Of a stretch of 64,000 nucleotides of DNA, positions 10,219-20,363 are shown one piece after another. This DNA is from Candidatus Woesearchaeota archaeon (GTDB lineage: Archaea > Nanobdellota > Nanobdellia > Woesearchaeales > ARS49): assembly GCA_038891615.1 (NCBI GenBank), contig JAWADY010000001.1, forward strand, positions 170,952 to 234,951. The letters run 5' to 3'. How positions within the stretch are numbered: the stretch's first letter is position 1; every line of letters starts with the position of its first letter. Under the pieces are notes generated by a model. It made no database searches. It saw nothing but the letters and a program-made list of their open reading frames with translations, and was not told the origin of the DNA. Made by a program: the position numbers and the translations under genes.

Positions 10219-10308
10219 AGTTCCAAAAATCAGAAAGGCAACTCACAAAAGCATTCTGGACTTAAGAAGATAATAGGTAGAGTTAAGCTTAAGTAAAATG
10301 CTAGAAAA

Positions 10309-12198
10309 ATGGCAGAGATAATTAAGGAAATCCTAAAGATGCTCCCTTCGGGAGTCATCTCTGATAGCGCATTTGAGGGAGCGAATATTGTATTTTATAC
10401 AAAGGACAAGGATTTTTTCCTTAACCCTGGAGAGAGCATCAAAAAGGCTGTCGATGAATTCAAAAAAAGGATAGAGTTAAGACCAGACCCAAGCATCACG
10501 CTTGAGCCTGAAAATGCGGAAAAAGAAATAAAAAATATCCTACCTGAAGAGGCAGGAATTGGCCAGATTCTTTTTGACCCTCAAAGAAGTATTGTTGTTA
10601 TTGAAACAGAAAAACCAGGCCTTGCGATTGGCAAACAAGGAGCGCTGCTGCATGAGATAAAAAAGAGAACATTCTGGGTTCCAGTTATGAGAAGAATGCC
10701 TACAATCCGTTCCCAAATATTGGAGAACATACGTGGTGTTCTTTATCAATACTCAGATTACAGAAGAAAGTTTCTTGACAGGGTTGGCCACAGGATTTAT
10801 GACGGTTGGCGACGGGAAAAGAAAGAGGAATGGATAAGGGTTAGCTTCCTCGGCGGAGCAAGACATGTTGGAAGGAGTTGCATGTTTTTGCAAACACAGG
10901 AATCTAGAATTCTTCTCGATTGCGGGATAAATGTTGCTTCAGAAACCGAGGCATTTCCATCCCTTGATGCACCTGAGTTCAACATAAAAGACCTTGATGC
11001 GGTCGTTGTCACACACAGTCATCTTGACCACATCGGCTTTGTACCTTACCTTTTCAAATACGGCTATGAGGGCCCTGTTTATTGTACCGAACCTGTTAGA
11101 GACATCGGCTCTTTGCTTCTAATTGACTACATCAAAATAATGAAGTCAGAAAACAAACCTTTAGTTTATGATGTGGAGGATGTGAAAGAAATGGTCAAGC
11201 ACACCATCACCCTAAACTATGGAGAGGTGAGCGACATAACTCCTGATGTCAGGCTGACACTGTACAATGCAGGCCATATTCTTGGAAGCGCAATGGCACA
11301 TCTTCATATTGGAAATGGCTTGCATAACATTCTTTACACAGGCGATATGAAGTTTGGAAGGATGCAACTCCTTGAGCCAGCAGAGTATAGGTTCCCAAGG
11401 CTTGAAACGGTTATTATTGAAAGCACTTACGGAGGTAAAGCAAATGTTCTTCCACCATTTCAGGAGCAAAACGAATATCTAAAAAGAATTATAAAAGAAA
11501 CCGTTAAGCGTGGGGGCAAGGTGCTGATGCCGGTCCTTGGTTCAGGAAGAGCACAGGACATGATAGTCATGCTTGATGGAATGGTAAGAGCAGGCGAGCT
11601 TGAGCCTGTACCAGTCTATATCGATGGTCTTGTTTGGGATATCACAGCAATACATACTGCTTATCCTGAATTTATGTCGGTTCAGATAAGAAAGCAAATC
11701 ATCCACAAGGATCAAAATCCTTTCTTAAATGAGATATTCAAACGCATTGGGAGTCAAAAGGAAAGAATGGAAGTTATCGAAGAAAAAGGGCCGGGAGTTA
11801 TACTTGCAACTTCTGGCATGCTTGTTGGAGGGCCCTCAGTCGAATACCTAAAGCATCTTGCAGACAATCCAAGAAACAGCCTTGTCTTTTCATGCTATCA
11901 GGCTGAAGGCTCCCTTGGTTACAGAATTCAGCATGGTGAAACAGAGCTAGTTTTCCGCGATGGTAAAAAGGAAGAAATTTGCCCATTAAAGATGGAAGTA
12001 CACAAACTTGAGATAACTGACCACTCAGATAGAAAACAGCTAATGAACTTTATCTACAAAGTGACGCCAACACCAAAGAAGGTCATTGTTGTGCATGGAG
12101 AAAACTCGCGGTGCCTTGACTTAGCAAGTTCAATTCACAAACAACTAAAGATTGAAACTGTTGCACCACGCGTTCTTGAAGCAATAAGATTAAAATGA
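10309..12198 (+). CDS. fttA: beta-CASP ribonuclease aCPSF1/FttA (two N-terminal KH domains + metallo-beta-lactamase/beta-CASP)
   Basis: 629 aa. HSHLDHIGFVPYL is the MBL motif HxHxDH. The length is the typical aCPSF1 length. Sits adjacent to psmB as in many archaea. Confidence 0.9.
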   Translation: MAEIIKEILKMLPSGVISDSAFEGANIVFYTKDKDFFLNPGESIKKAVDEFKKRIELRPDPSITLEPENAEKEIKNILPEEAGIGQILFDPQRSIVVIETEKPGLAIGKQGALLHEIKKRTFWVPVMRRMPTIRSQILENIRGVLYQYSDYRRKFLDRVGHRIYDGWRREKKEEWIRVSFLGGARHVGRSCMFLQTQESRILLDCGINVASETEAFPSLDAPEFNIKDLDAVVVTHSHLDHIGFVPYLFKYGYEGPVYCTEPVRDIGSLLLIDYIKIMKSENKPLVYDVEDVKEMVKHTITLNYGEVSDITPDVRLTLYNAGHILGSAMAHLHIGNGLHNILYTGDMKFGRMQLLEPAEYRFPRLETVIIESTYGGKANVLPPFQEQNEYLKRIIKETVKRGGKVLMPVLGSGRAQDMIVMLDGMVRAGELEPVPVYIDGLVWDITAIHTAYPEFMSVQIRKQIIHKDQNPFLNEIFKRIGSQKERMEVIEEKGPGVILATSGMLVGGPSVEYLKHLADNPRNSLVFSCYQAEGSLGYRIQHGETELVFRDGKKEEICPLKMEVHKLEITDHSDRKQLMNFIYKVTPTPKKVIVVHGENSRCLDLASSIHKQLKIETVAPRVLEAIRLK

Positions 12199-12233
12199 GC
12201 TACTAGAAATTAACCTAGTTAAACGCTTTTTGA

Positions 12234-12306
12234 CGCCCCTGCCGGGAATCGAACCCGGGTCGCAGGCTCCGGAGGCCCGCATCCTATCCAACTGAACGAC
12301 AGGGGC
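12234..12306 (-). tRNA. tRNA-Arg (anticodon CCG)
   Basis: The reverse complement gives acceptor GCCCCTG/CAGGGGC, anticodon arm CGGGC-CTCCGGA-GCCTG, T-arm CCGGG-TTCGATT-CCCGG and discriminator G. Confidence 0.8.
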
Positions 12307-12533
12307 AGAGCTGATTTGTCTTCGAGACTTAAAAAGCCTTCGAGGCAAGGGGAAAAAGCTTTTAAAAAATAAGATTTATTGTGGAGTTGAAGGCTTAAAA
12401 AGCATGCAAAAAAGCATTTTGATGACAAACAGATTGCTGATTAAGCCCGTGCGCATTAGTCATAAAGTCTACATTTGGTGACAGAAGATGCCAATTGAGA
12501 ATGCATGAATGCAAGAAAAGAGGTTGATGAAGA

Positions 12534-13226
12534 ATGAAAGAGGGTCCAACAAAAGAATCGTTAAGAATGACACCTGAAGAAAGGCTTGCAAAACAACTGC
12601 CGATTCTCAAAAAACTCTATCCTAAAGCTGAAACAGCCCTTGTACATGACACTCCTTGGGAGCTTCTCGTTGCAACAATTCTCTCTGCTCAGTGCACCGA
12701 CAAAGTGACCAACAAGGTAACGAAAGAGCTTTTCCAGCGATTCAAAACACCGCAAGATTTTGCAAAACTTACTCCTGAACAACTTCAACCACACATAAAG
12801 AGCATTACTTTCTTTAGAAACAAAAGTAAAAATATCATTGCCTGTGCCAGAATGATTGTTGAAAAATTTGGTGGAGAGGTGCCGACTCGCATGGAAGAAC
12901 TTCTTCAGTTGCCAGGAGTTGCAAGGAAAACAGCGAACATAGTTCTTGCTTCAGGCTTTGGCAAAGCTGAAGGAATTGCCGTTGATACCCATGTAAAGCG
13001 AGTTGCATTTAGACTAGGACTGACAAAAAATACATCCCCTGAAAAAATAGAACAAGACCTCATGCGTATTGTGCCAAAAAACGAATGGAGAGCATTCAGT
13101 TATCGCATAATAGACCATGGCAGAGCAATATGCCAAGCAAAAAAAGCGCGTTGTGATATCTGTCCATTAAATAAAGTCTGTCCTTCTGCATTTAGAGTGA
13201 GTGGTTGGAATAGCTACAAAGGATAG
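12534..13226 (+). CDS. nth: endonuclease III (DNA glycosylase/AP lyase) with [4Fe-4S] cluster
   Basis: HhH-GPD motif LPGVARKTANIVL. C-terminal Cx6CxxCx5C (CQAKKARCDICPLNKVC). Confidence 0.85.
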   Translation: MKEGPTKESLRMTPEERLAKQLPILKKLYPKAETALVHDTPWELLVATILSAQCTDKVTNKVTKELFQRFKTPQDFAKLTPEQLQPHIKSITFFRNKSKNIIACARMIVEKFGGEVPTRMEELLQLPGVARKTANIVLASGFGKAEGIAVDTHVKRVAFRLGLTKNTSPEKIEQDLMRIVPKNEWRAFSYRIIDHGRAICQAKKARCDICPLNKVCPSAFRVSGWNSYKG

Positions 13227-13249
13227 ATTTACCAGTTTTAGTTTCTTTA

Positions 13250-14014
13250 TCAAATACTGAATGCCTTTCTCGCCTCTTCCAGTTGCTCAAGTGTTCCAAT
13301 GTCAAACCACATACCCTCAAAAACATAGCCGTAAACAGGCTGCCGTTCACAAAGCCAAGAAAGAAAGTCTCCAGTGTTATCGCTTTTATGACCGTATGAA
13401 TGATAAATGATTAACCAATCAACTGCGTATTTTGGGAAGATATAGCAAGCAGTACTAACAAGACTCGTTTTTGGCACTTTTGGCTTCTCTTCGAAACTAA
13501 TTATCCTCTTATCTGAATCCAGTTCAACAACACCGTATTTTCCTGCCGCTTTTGCGCAATCCTTTATGTCATAGATGGCAACAGAAGCACCGCTTTTTGA
13601 ATAATAGAAACTTATGAAGTCTTCTAGTGAAAAGTCAAAAAGGTTGTCGCCTCCAATAATGAGCAAGTCTTTGTTGAGAAGGGCCTTTTTCTTTACAGCA
13701 AAAGTTATGTCGCCAATCGCACCAAGCCTATCATAATGAGATGTTGCACCGTCATCAACAATCTCAATTTTGTCTTTGCTTTTGCAGGCAATCATGCTTT
13801 TGCTTGCGTAACAATCCAACCACTTTGTAAAATCGTCTTTGAAACGCAAATTTGTAACAATGAAGATTTTATCAAAATCTTTAATGCTTAAAATTTTTTC
13901 AACAATGTGCTCTAGAATTGGTTTTTCACCCACTTCGAGAAGAGGTTTTGGAGTTTTTTGTGTAAGTGGATACAACCTTGTTCCATAGCCTGCTGCAAGT
14001 ATTATTGAATCCAT
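13250..14014 (-). CDS. sugar-phosphate nucleotidyltransferase (NTP_transferase family)
   Basis: N-terminal ILAAGYGTRLYPLTQKTPKPLL is the G-x-G-T-R nucleotide-binding signature. 254 aa. Confidence 0.7.
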   Translation of the reverse strand: MDSIILAAGYGTRLYPLTQKTPKPLLEVGEKPILEHIVEKILSIKDFDKIFIVTNLRFKDDFTKWLDCYASKSMIACKSKDKIEIVDDGATSHYDRLGAIGDITFAVKKKALLNKDLLIIGGDNLFDFSLEDFISFYYSKSGASVAIYDIKDCAKAAGKYGVVELDSDKRIISFEEKPKVPKTSLVSTACYIFPKYAVDWLIIYHSYGHKSDNTGDFLSWLCERQPVYGYVFEGMWFDIGTLEQLEEARKAFSI

Positions 14015-14147
14015 ATCGATGCATTTATGCAGCCATGGTTAATAAAACTTCTGAAACAAACAGATATAAACAATTCGTCGGAACTGAGCGAAAGATTTAA
14101 ATATTAAAAGAGGAAAGCTTAAGAAAAAACAATGAGGTGATTGAACA

Positions 14148-14318
14148 ATGGTTTTTCCAGAAAAACTGCCAGGTTGGCTAAATTGGATAGTGTTGCTAAT
14201 AGGCCTTTTGTACCTGCTAAAAGATTTGAATGTGGCAGGGTTTGGATGGTGGAGCCTTAATTGGTGGACAGTTCTATTCTTGGTTTGGGGATTAGCAAAG
14301 GCATTCAACCTTAAGTAA
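14148..14318 (+). CDS. small hydrophobic protein (56 aa, two TM segments), not in ORF track
   Basis: ATG is preceded by AGGTGA. The product MVFPEKLPGWLNWIVLLIGLLYLLKDLNVAGFGWWSLNWWTVLFLVWGLAKAFNLK is Trp-rich and hydrophobic. Confidence 0.3.
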   Translation: MVFPEKLPGWLNWIVLLIGLLYLLKDLNVAGFGWWSLNWWTVLFLVWGLAKAFNLK

Positions 14319-14472
14319 AGAGTTTGTTTGCTTTTTCTTTTTGTTTTCATTTTTATTGTTTGTAGCTTTATACAAAAAATTCTATAATAGAAGAAACACA
14401 AAAGGCAATAAGCCATACAAAACGTAATATTTATATAGTAATTTTACTACCAATAGGTAAATACATCTACTG

Positions 14473-15018
14473 ATGAATGTAATTAAGATGACTAAATCAT
14501 GGTTGGTGGCGGCATTTGCGTTTGTTTTTGTAGTCGGACTCATTTTTGGAAAATTTGCTAGTGCAACAAAAATTGATTCTGTTTTGAAGGAACGTTCTGA
14601 ACTGCAGAATGAGTCAACAAAAGGCTACATTGTTGAAAAGGGCACAAACGAGCGCCCTTCGCCGTTTGATTGGATAAAAGAGGGTCAGATAGAGTTTAAC
14701 AAGAATGGTGTTTTAATCAAAGTTCCTAACGCTGTCTGGGCAAAAGTTATTGACACAAACTCAATGGACCCTGTGATTGATGCTGAAGTGGATCTCATTG
14801 AGATAGTTCCGGCGTCTCCAGAAAACATACATGTTGGGGACATTGTAAGTTATGAATCAAAAAGTGTAGAAGCAACGATTGTCCACAGGGTTGTAGAGAC
14901 CGGCTATGATGAAAATGGTTGGTATGCAATAATGAAAGGCGACAACAATCCAAATGAAGACCCTGAAAAGGTACGCTGGGAACAAATAAAGAGGATAGTT
15001 GTTGCGATAATTTATTGA
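14473..15018 (+). CDS. signal peptidase I (S26/Sec11-like, archaeal type)
   Basis: N-terminal TM anchor. Motifs DTNSMDP (catalytic Ser box), GDIVSYE and HRVV. Confidence 0.6.
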   Translation: MNVIKMTKSWLVAAFAFVFVVGLIFGKFASATKIDSVLKERSELQNESTKGYIVEKGTNERPSPFDWIKEGQIEFNKNGVLIKVPNAVWAKVIDTNSMDPVIDAEVDLIEIVPASPENIHVGDIVSYESKSVEATIVHRVVETGYDENGWYAIMKGDNNPNEDPEKVRWEQIKRIVVAIIY

Positions 15019-15293
15019 GGTGGAAAATGAAAGAGAAAACCAATCTTGAAATGCTCTTGAAGGAAATCGCCAAAAAGGCAACAAGTCTTGCTTTGATCGG
15101 AGGCTTGCTTCTTGGCTCTTATGGCTGTAGGGGTCTGACAGAAGTCCGCATATTAAAATATACAATTAATAGAGAAGATAATGCAAAACCAGCTTACTGC
15201 CCAAGTCAACCAGCCACAAACATTTACAATAGCCCTGCAATGCAGCCAAAGAAATCCCCAAACTGTATTTTTGAGTTAGAGATAAGATATTGA
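15015..15293 (+). CDS. hypothetical protein (4-nt overlap with signal peptidase gene)
   Basis: 92-aa ORF with a predicted TM segment ATSLALIGGLLLGSY. Translational coupling geometry (ATGA overlap). Confidence 0.25.
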   Translation: MRWKMKEKTNLEMLLKEIAKKATSLALIGGLLLGSYGCRGLTEVRILKYTINREDNAKPAYCPSQPATNIYNSPAMQPKKSPNCIFELEIRY

Positions 15294-15374
15294 TATTAAG
15301 GCTCTCACATCAAATAGACAGGAAAAGGATTTGATGCAGTTAAGCTTAAATATTTCTTTTTTAAGATTCTGCAA

Positions 15375-16262
15375 ATGAATAATTCAGAGCTTGAAAAGTG
15401 GCACGAGGCTGGCAGGATTGCTGCCAAAGCACTCGAATATGGCACGAGCCTCATAAAAAAAGGCGCTGTTGTTCGGGAGGTTTGTGACCTTATTGACCAA
15501 AAAATTGTTGAGCTTGGAGCAAAGCCAGCATGGCCAAGCCAAGTGAGCATAAACCATATTGCAGCCCATTTTACTCCTGATGAGGATGATGGCTCTGTTT
15601 TTGGTGAAGACCTTGTAAGCCTTGATGTCGGAGCTTCTGTAGATGGATACATTGGTGACACCGCCTCAACTATAGACCTAAGTGGAAAATGGACTACGCT
15701 TGTGAGAACTGCTTTAAAGGCGCTGGAGGAAGCAGTAAAAGAAGTGAAGCATGGTGCAAGATTGAGCGACATAGGGACGAGAATACAAGAGACAATCACT
15801 GCGGGCGGGTTTTCACCAATAAAAAATCTCTCAGGACATGGAATTTCAAGATTTGTGATACACGACAGACCGATTGTTCCAAATCACACCACTGGAAGCC
15901 CAGAAAGACTAGTTGAAGGGCAGGTCATAGCAATTGAACCTTTCGCAACAACCGGCAGGGGAATGGTCCGCGAAGCTGAATCCTGCAACATTTTTTCCTT
16001 AGAAAAGCACAGGCCAGTGAGAAGCCCTTTTGCAAGGGAAATACAAGATTTCATTGAGGATAATTATGGACCATTGCCTTTTACAACGAGATGGATTGCA
16101 AAGCGTTTTGGCGCAGGAAAGGCAAAGCTTGGACTGCGCGAGCTTATGGCAGTAGGGGCTCTTCACAAATACCCACCACTTATTGAAGCGAGTAATGGCA
16201 TGGTTGCTGTTTTTGAGAAAACCCTCCTCGTAACCCAAAATGGATGTGAAATTCTAACATAG
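15375..16262 (+). CDS. map: methionine aminopeptidase type 2 (archaeal MetAP)
   Basis: 295 aa, M24 fold. SINHIAAHFTPDEDDG and other metal-ligand regions. The length is typical of archaeal MAP. Confidence 0.85.
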   Translation: MNNSELEKWHEAGRIAAKALEYGTSLIKKGAVVREVCDLIDQKIVELGAKPAWPSQVSINHIAAHFTPDEDDGSVFGEDLVSLDVGASVDGYIGDTASTIDLSGKWTTLVRTALKALEEAVKEVKHGARLSDIGTRIQETITAGGFSPIKNLSGHGISRFVIHDRPIVPNHTTGSPERLVEGQVIAIEPFATTGRGMVREAESCNIFSLEKHRPVRSPFAREIQDFIEDNYGPLPFTTRWIAKRFGAGKAKLGLRELMAVGALHKYPPLIEASNGMVAVFEKTLLVTQNGCEILT

Positions 16263-16322
16263 CTTGAAAAATTTAATAGCAAATAATTTTAAATAGTTGG
16301 AGGAGAAGTTAGACTTGGGGCT

Positions 16323-18392
16323 ATGATAATTAATTCAATAAATCTCAGAAACATCAGGAGTTATGTTAATGAGCGCATAAATTTTCCAGAAGGTAGTATC
16401 CTTCTTTCTGGAGATGTTGGAGCAGGCAAAACAACAATTCTTCTAGCAATCGAGTTTGCACTTTTTGGAATTCTTCGTGGAGAGGTTTCCGGTAGCTCTC
16501 TTCTCAGGAATGGTACGGAGAGTGGTTATGTTGAGCTTAGCCTTGAGCTTGGTGGAAAGCCAATCGTAATAAAGAGAACGCTAAGGCGTTCAAAAGGCAG
16601 CGTTGAGCAAGAATCTGGTGAAATATCAATCGATGGAATGCGACAGGTACTAACGGCTACAGAGCTGAAGTCAAGAATTTTGTCGCTAATGGGATACCCC
16701 TTAGAGCTTGCAAGCAAGAGCAAGTCACTAATATACAGATACACAGTCTACACCCCTCAAGATGAAATGAAAAGAATACTTTTTGAGGACAAAGAAAGTA
16801 GGCTAGACATATTAAGAAGGGTTTTCTTTATTGACAAATATAGAAGGATAAAAGACAACACCACGATTTTTATAAGGCAACTACGCGAGCAACTACGCGA
16901 ACTTGAGGGCGAGACTGCGGACTTGGATTATAAAACAAAAAGGTTGAATGAAAAGAAGGATGAGCTTGCTGCAATTGAGATAAAACTGGTTAATGCATCA
17001 TCTATCCTAAAGACTGCAAAAGAGTTTGTTGAAGTCGTCAGGAAGAAGTGCGCCGAGGCTGAGGCTATCTTGATAAAAGCGAACGAACTGAAAAGGAGCT
17101 TTGATGTTTTAAAAGCAGAGCTGGAGGGGGTGAATGAGCAAAAAGAAAGAACTCTTAAGGAGGCTGAGCTGCTAAAAAAACAAATCGGCGAGCTTGATGC
17201 GTTACTTGGAGAAGGGAGAAGTGAAGCGCATAAGGAAGTTATTTCAGAACTTATCTCTAAAAAAAACCAAGAGCTTGATAGGTGTGAAAAGGAGATTCTG
17301 ACCCAGAGGGAACATGTTGCATCGCTGAAAAACCAAAAAAGGCTTTCGGAAGATACAATATTAAAAATCTCAAAGCTAGAAAGTTGTCCTTTGTGTCTGC
17401 AAAAAGTTTCGGAAGAGCACAAGAAAAAAATAATGAGCAGAGAGGAAACAGCTCTATCAAAGCTGGAAAAAGAGCTGGAAGAGCATCTTAAAATGATTGA
17501 AAATCTTGAGAAACAAAAAAGAGAAATAAAAGCAGAACTTGAGGCATTGAAAAAGAAAGAAGAAGAAGCTTTTGCAATTAAGCTTAAAGCTGAAAGCCTT
17601 ATTGAAAAACGGCAACAGCTTTCTTCAAGACTTACTATTATTAAATCACTCGAAGAGCGCGCAAGGAATCTAAGCAAAAAAATATCCGAGAATGAAGTCG
17701 TGCTTAAAACCCTTCAAACAGCTAGAGAGGATTATGAAAAGGCCCGCAAAGAACTGGACTTTGCCTTGGAAAAAGAAAAATGGGCAGAAGTTGAGTATGG
17801 AAAACTTCTGAAAGAAAAGGAAAGCCTTGTTTATGTTGTAAAGGAACTTGAAGCTGAGGTCCAAAAAAAGCTAAATGCTAAAGCAAAAATCGAACAAACA
17901 AAGCAATTGATTTCTTGGCTTGGAGAAAACTTTATTTCAATGATTGAAGCAATGGAAAAGGCAGTGATGGCTCGTGTGCATTCGCAGTTTAACGAACTTT
18001 TTACAAGGTGGTTCAACCTTCTCGTTGATGATGAACTAATCGCAGCAAGACTTGATGAAGAATTCAGCCCAGTGCTCGAACAGAACGGCTATGAAACACC
18101 TGTAGAAAGCCTTAGCGGAGGTGAAAAGACCGCCTGCGCCCTCGCCTACAGGCTTGCCTTAAACAAGGTCATAAACGACCTTATACACGGAATCCAGACA
18201 AAAGATGTGATAATTCTAGACGAACCAACAGACGGTTTCAGCAACAATCAGCTTGACCGCATGCGTGATGTTCTAAACCAGTTAGGCTTAAGACAAATAA
18301 TCCTCGTTAGTCATGAAGAAAAGATAGAAAGCTTTGTAGAGCATGTCATTAAGATATCAAAGAATGAGCATGTGAGTCAGGTTTGTGTATAA
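16323..18392 (+). CDS. SMC-like ABC ATPase with zinc-hook (Rad50/SbcC family)
   Basis: Walker A GDVGAGKTTIL, long coiled coil, central CPLC hook motif, ABC signature LSGGEKT, Walker B IILDEPTDGF. 689 aa. Confidence 0.7.
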   Translation: MIINSINLRNIRSYVNERINFPEGSILLSGDVGAGKTTILLAIEFALFGILRGEVSGSSLLRNGTESGYVELSLELGGKPIVIKRTLRRSKGSVEQESGEISIDGMRQVLTATELKSRILSLMGYPLELASKSKSLIYRYTVYTPQDEMKRILFEDKESRLDILRRVFFIDKYRRIKDNTTIFIRQLREQLRELEGETADLDYKTKRLNEKKDELAAIEIKLVNASSILKTAKEFVEVVRKKCAEAEAILIKANELKRSFDVLKAELEGVNEQKERTLKEAELLKKQIGELDALLGEGRSEAHKEVISELISKKNQELDRCEKEILTQREHVASLKNQKRLSEDTILKISKLESCPLCLQKVSEEHKKKIMSREETALSKLEKELEEHLKMIENLEKQKREIKAELEALKKKEEEAFAIKLKAESLIEKRQQLSSRLTIIKSLEERARNLSKKISENEVVLKTLQTAREDYEKARKELDFALEKEKWAEVEYGKLLKEKESLVYVVKELEAEVQKKLNAKAKIEQTKQLISWLGENFISMIEAMEKAVMARVHSQFNELFTRWFNLLVDDELIAARLDEEFSPVLEQNGYETPVESLSGGEKTACALAYRLALNKVINDLIHGIQTKDVIILDEPTDGFSNNQLDRMRDVLNQLGLRQIILVSHEEKIESFVEHVIKISKNEHVSQVCV

Positions 18393-18479
18393 ATGATTGT
18401 CAAGAAATGTCTTTGAAAAAGGACCAATGGCTACAAAAGCTTGAGCTTGCGCAAACTTTATAAATAAGATGAATTAAGT

Positions 18480-19937
18480 TTGTTTATGCAAAAAAAGAGC
18501 GTACTTCTCGGATTTGTTTCAGTAACCCTTCTGACACTTTTAGCGAGCATTGCTTTGGCATCTTTTGAATTTAATGTTGATGTAGCTCCTGAAGGAGCAG
18601 TCATAAAAATGAATGACAGTGCAGAGTTCACTCTAAGCGTTAGTCACAATTCGCGAAATGTCGAATCTTTTGAAATATACTCTCCAGAAGTACAGTGGGA
18701 TATACGAACAGAACCGCCAGGGCTATTAAAAGTTGCTCCAGGTGAAAAGGGAGAAACAAAACTTGTAATAAGGCCAGTATACATATCAAACCCAGGCTAC
18801 TATTATGTTGTTATTCATGTGAGACCAATCGGCCGCGACATTCTTGTCAGAAAAGCTTTTGTGGTTGGAGTTCTACCAGCCTATCAAATACCTGGAGAGT
18901 ATTCGCCTTCAATAAAGCTTTCCCCGAGCGTTGAAAAACTAATAGACCCAAGGGCTGAAAGCGTTGTGAAATTAACAGTAGAAAACCTGAACAGACGTGA
19001 GCTTGGTCAAATCGCAATCAGGCTTAGAAGCAATACAATAAATAAAGATATCTCATCATCACTTGGGCCTTTCGAGAGGAAATCATTTGATTTTAAAGTC
19101 TTTTTAGACCCACTAACTCCCCCACAGAAGGATGTGTTGACCGCCACCGTTTTCCTGCAACTGCCAGAAGGAACATATCAAATTGAGGCGGAACCTATCC
19201 CGTTTGAAATTTTGGCTTATGGCGAAATAACCGAGCAAACAGATGTCTCAAAGGGATTCTTAAAAACAACTAAAACAATCACATTTACCAATACAGGCAA
19301 CTCACGTCAGAAAAAGGAATTTCTAGAGAAAAAGGCATTTTTCAAAAGTTGGTTTACTTCTTTCAATGAAGACTATGACAGAATTAAGGTCGTAGACAGG
19401 ACTAATTACTACTCATGGAATATTGAGCTTGGTGTTGGCGAAAAGAAAGTTTTGATAATTACAACAAACTATAACCCACCTGCTTATCTCGCACTTGCTG
19501 TAATTGCTGGACTGCTCTTGTATTACCTTTTAAGGAGTCCTCTTGTATTAGTAAAATCAGCAACAATCCTAACCGCGCGTGAGGGCGGAGTATCTGAGTT
19601 CAAGATTCTGTTGAGGGTAAAAAACAGAAGTTCGAGAGCGCTGAAAAATGTTTCAATACTTGACAGCATTCCAAGAATCGCAGATATTGTTCGCGACTTT
19701 GAGCTTGGAACCACAAAGCCTGAAAAAATATTAAGACACGAAAGCCGCGGCACAATGTTGAAGTGGCGTTTCAGCGAACTTGAACCATCTGAAGAAAGGC
19801 TCATAACGTATAGGATTTCTTCAAAGCTAAACATAATAGGCGGTGTCACATTGCCGGTTGCTGTTGCAAAGTTTGAGGTAAGAGATGGTGTTGAGCGAGT
19901 TACAAGAAGCAATGCGCCAGTTGTTGGGCTGATGTAA
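18480..19937 (+). CDS. secreted/cell-surface protein with N-terminal signal peptide and C-terminal TM anchor
   Basis: 485 aa. Hydrophobic N-terminus. Predicted beta-rich repeats. TM segment PAYLALAVIAGLLLYYLL near the C-terminal third. Confidence 0.45.
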   Translation: MFMQKKSVLLGFVSVTLLTLLASIALASFEFNVDVAPEGAVIKMNDSAEFTLSVSHNSRNVESFEIYSPEVQWDIRTEPPGLLKVAPGEKGETKLVIRPVYISNPGYYYVVIHVRPIGRDILVRKAFVVGVLPAYQIPGEYSPSIKLSPSVEKLIDPRAESVVKLTVENLNRRELGQIAIRLRSNTINKDISSSLGPFERKSFDFKVFLDPLTPPQKDVLTATVFLQLPEGTYQIEAEPIPFEILAYGEITEQTDVSKGFLKTTKTITFTNTGNSRQKKEFLEKKAFFKSWFTSFNEDYDRIKVVDRTNYYSWNIELGVGEKKVLIITTNYNPPAYLALAVIAGLLLYYLLRSPLVLVKSATILTAREGGVSEFKILLRVKNRSSRALKNVSILDSIPRIADIVRDFELGTTKPEKILRHESRGTMLKWRFSELEPSEERLITYRISSKLNIIGGVTLPVAVAKFEVRDGVERVTRSNAPVVGLM

Positions 19938-20164
19938 TTAATAATAAAAAGGAAATTTTTTGTTTACTTGCCTTTTCTCCTTCAAGAAAAAAATCTAAAT
20001 TTTGTTGAGAAGGAGTTTGTTCATCTCAAATTTAGGCACAAAGGTTTTTGGGCGAATATTTTAAAAATAGTCGGCTTCCCTTTTTTTAAGGTGCTCAGGA
20101 ATGATTTAATGAGAAATAAAGGTCGTAGTTAAATTTTTAAACAGTTACGACTGCTTAAAAACAT

Positions 20165-20291
20165 CCCCGCGTAGCTCAACGGTGGAGCGTCCGGCTGTAG
20201 CTGAAAAGCGCCCGTAGACAAGGTATTTGCCATGGATGACAACGGGTCAGCCGAACCCGGAAGGCTGCTGGTTCGAATCCGGCCGCGGGGA
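20165..20291 (+). tRNA. tRNA-Tyr (anticodon GTA) with ~55-nt intron at canonical 37/38 position
   Basis: C1:G72 acceptor (CCCCGCG/CGCGGGG) as in archaeal tRNA-Tyr. D-arm GCTC/GAGC. Anticodon stem TCCGG..CCGGA is split by an insert at 20201-20255. T-arm GCTGG-TTCGAAT-CCGGC. Discriminator A. Confidence 0.8.
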
Positions 20292-20363
20292 CTCCTTGCT
20301 ATGGCTAGGAAAACAAAAATTTTAGTCGCTTAAGAAAAACGAAATCAGCCTAAAGCTTATTGT

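Noticed and set aside
9800-10246. 148-aa minus-strand ORF
   Set aside because: Antisense to the proteasome beta-subunit gene.
14039-14416. 125-aa minus-strand ORF
   Set aside because: Low-complexity frame across an AT-rich intergenic region. A plus-strand mini-ORF with an RBS (14148-14318) is preferred.
16928-17677. 249-aa Ser-rich minus-strand ORF
   Set aside because: Antisense to the Lys/Glu-rich coiled-coil region of the SMC-like gene. Low-complexity composition typical of antisense to GAA/AAG-rich coding sequence.
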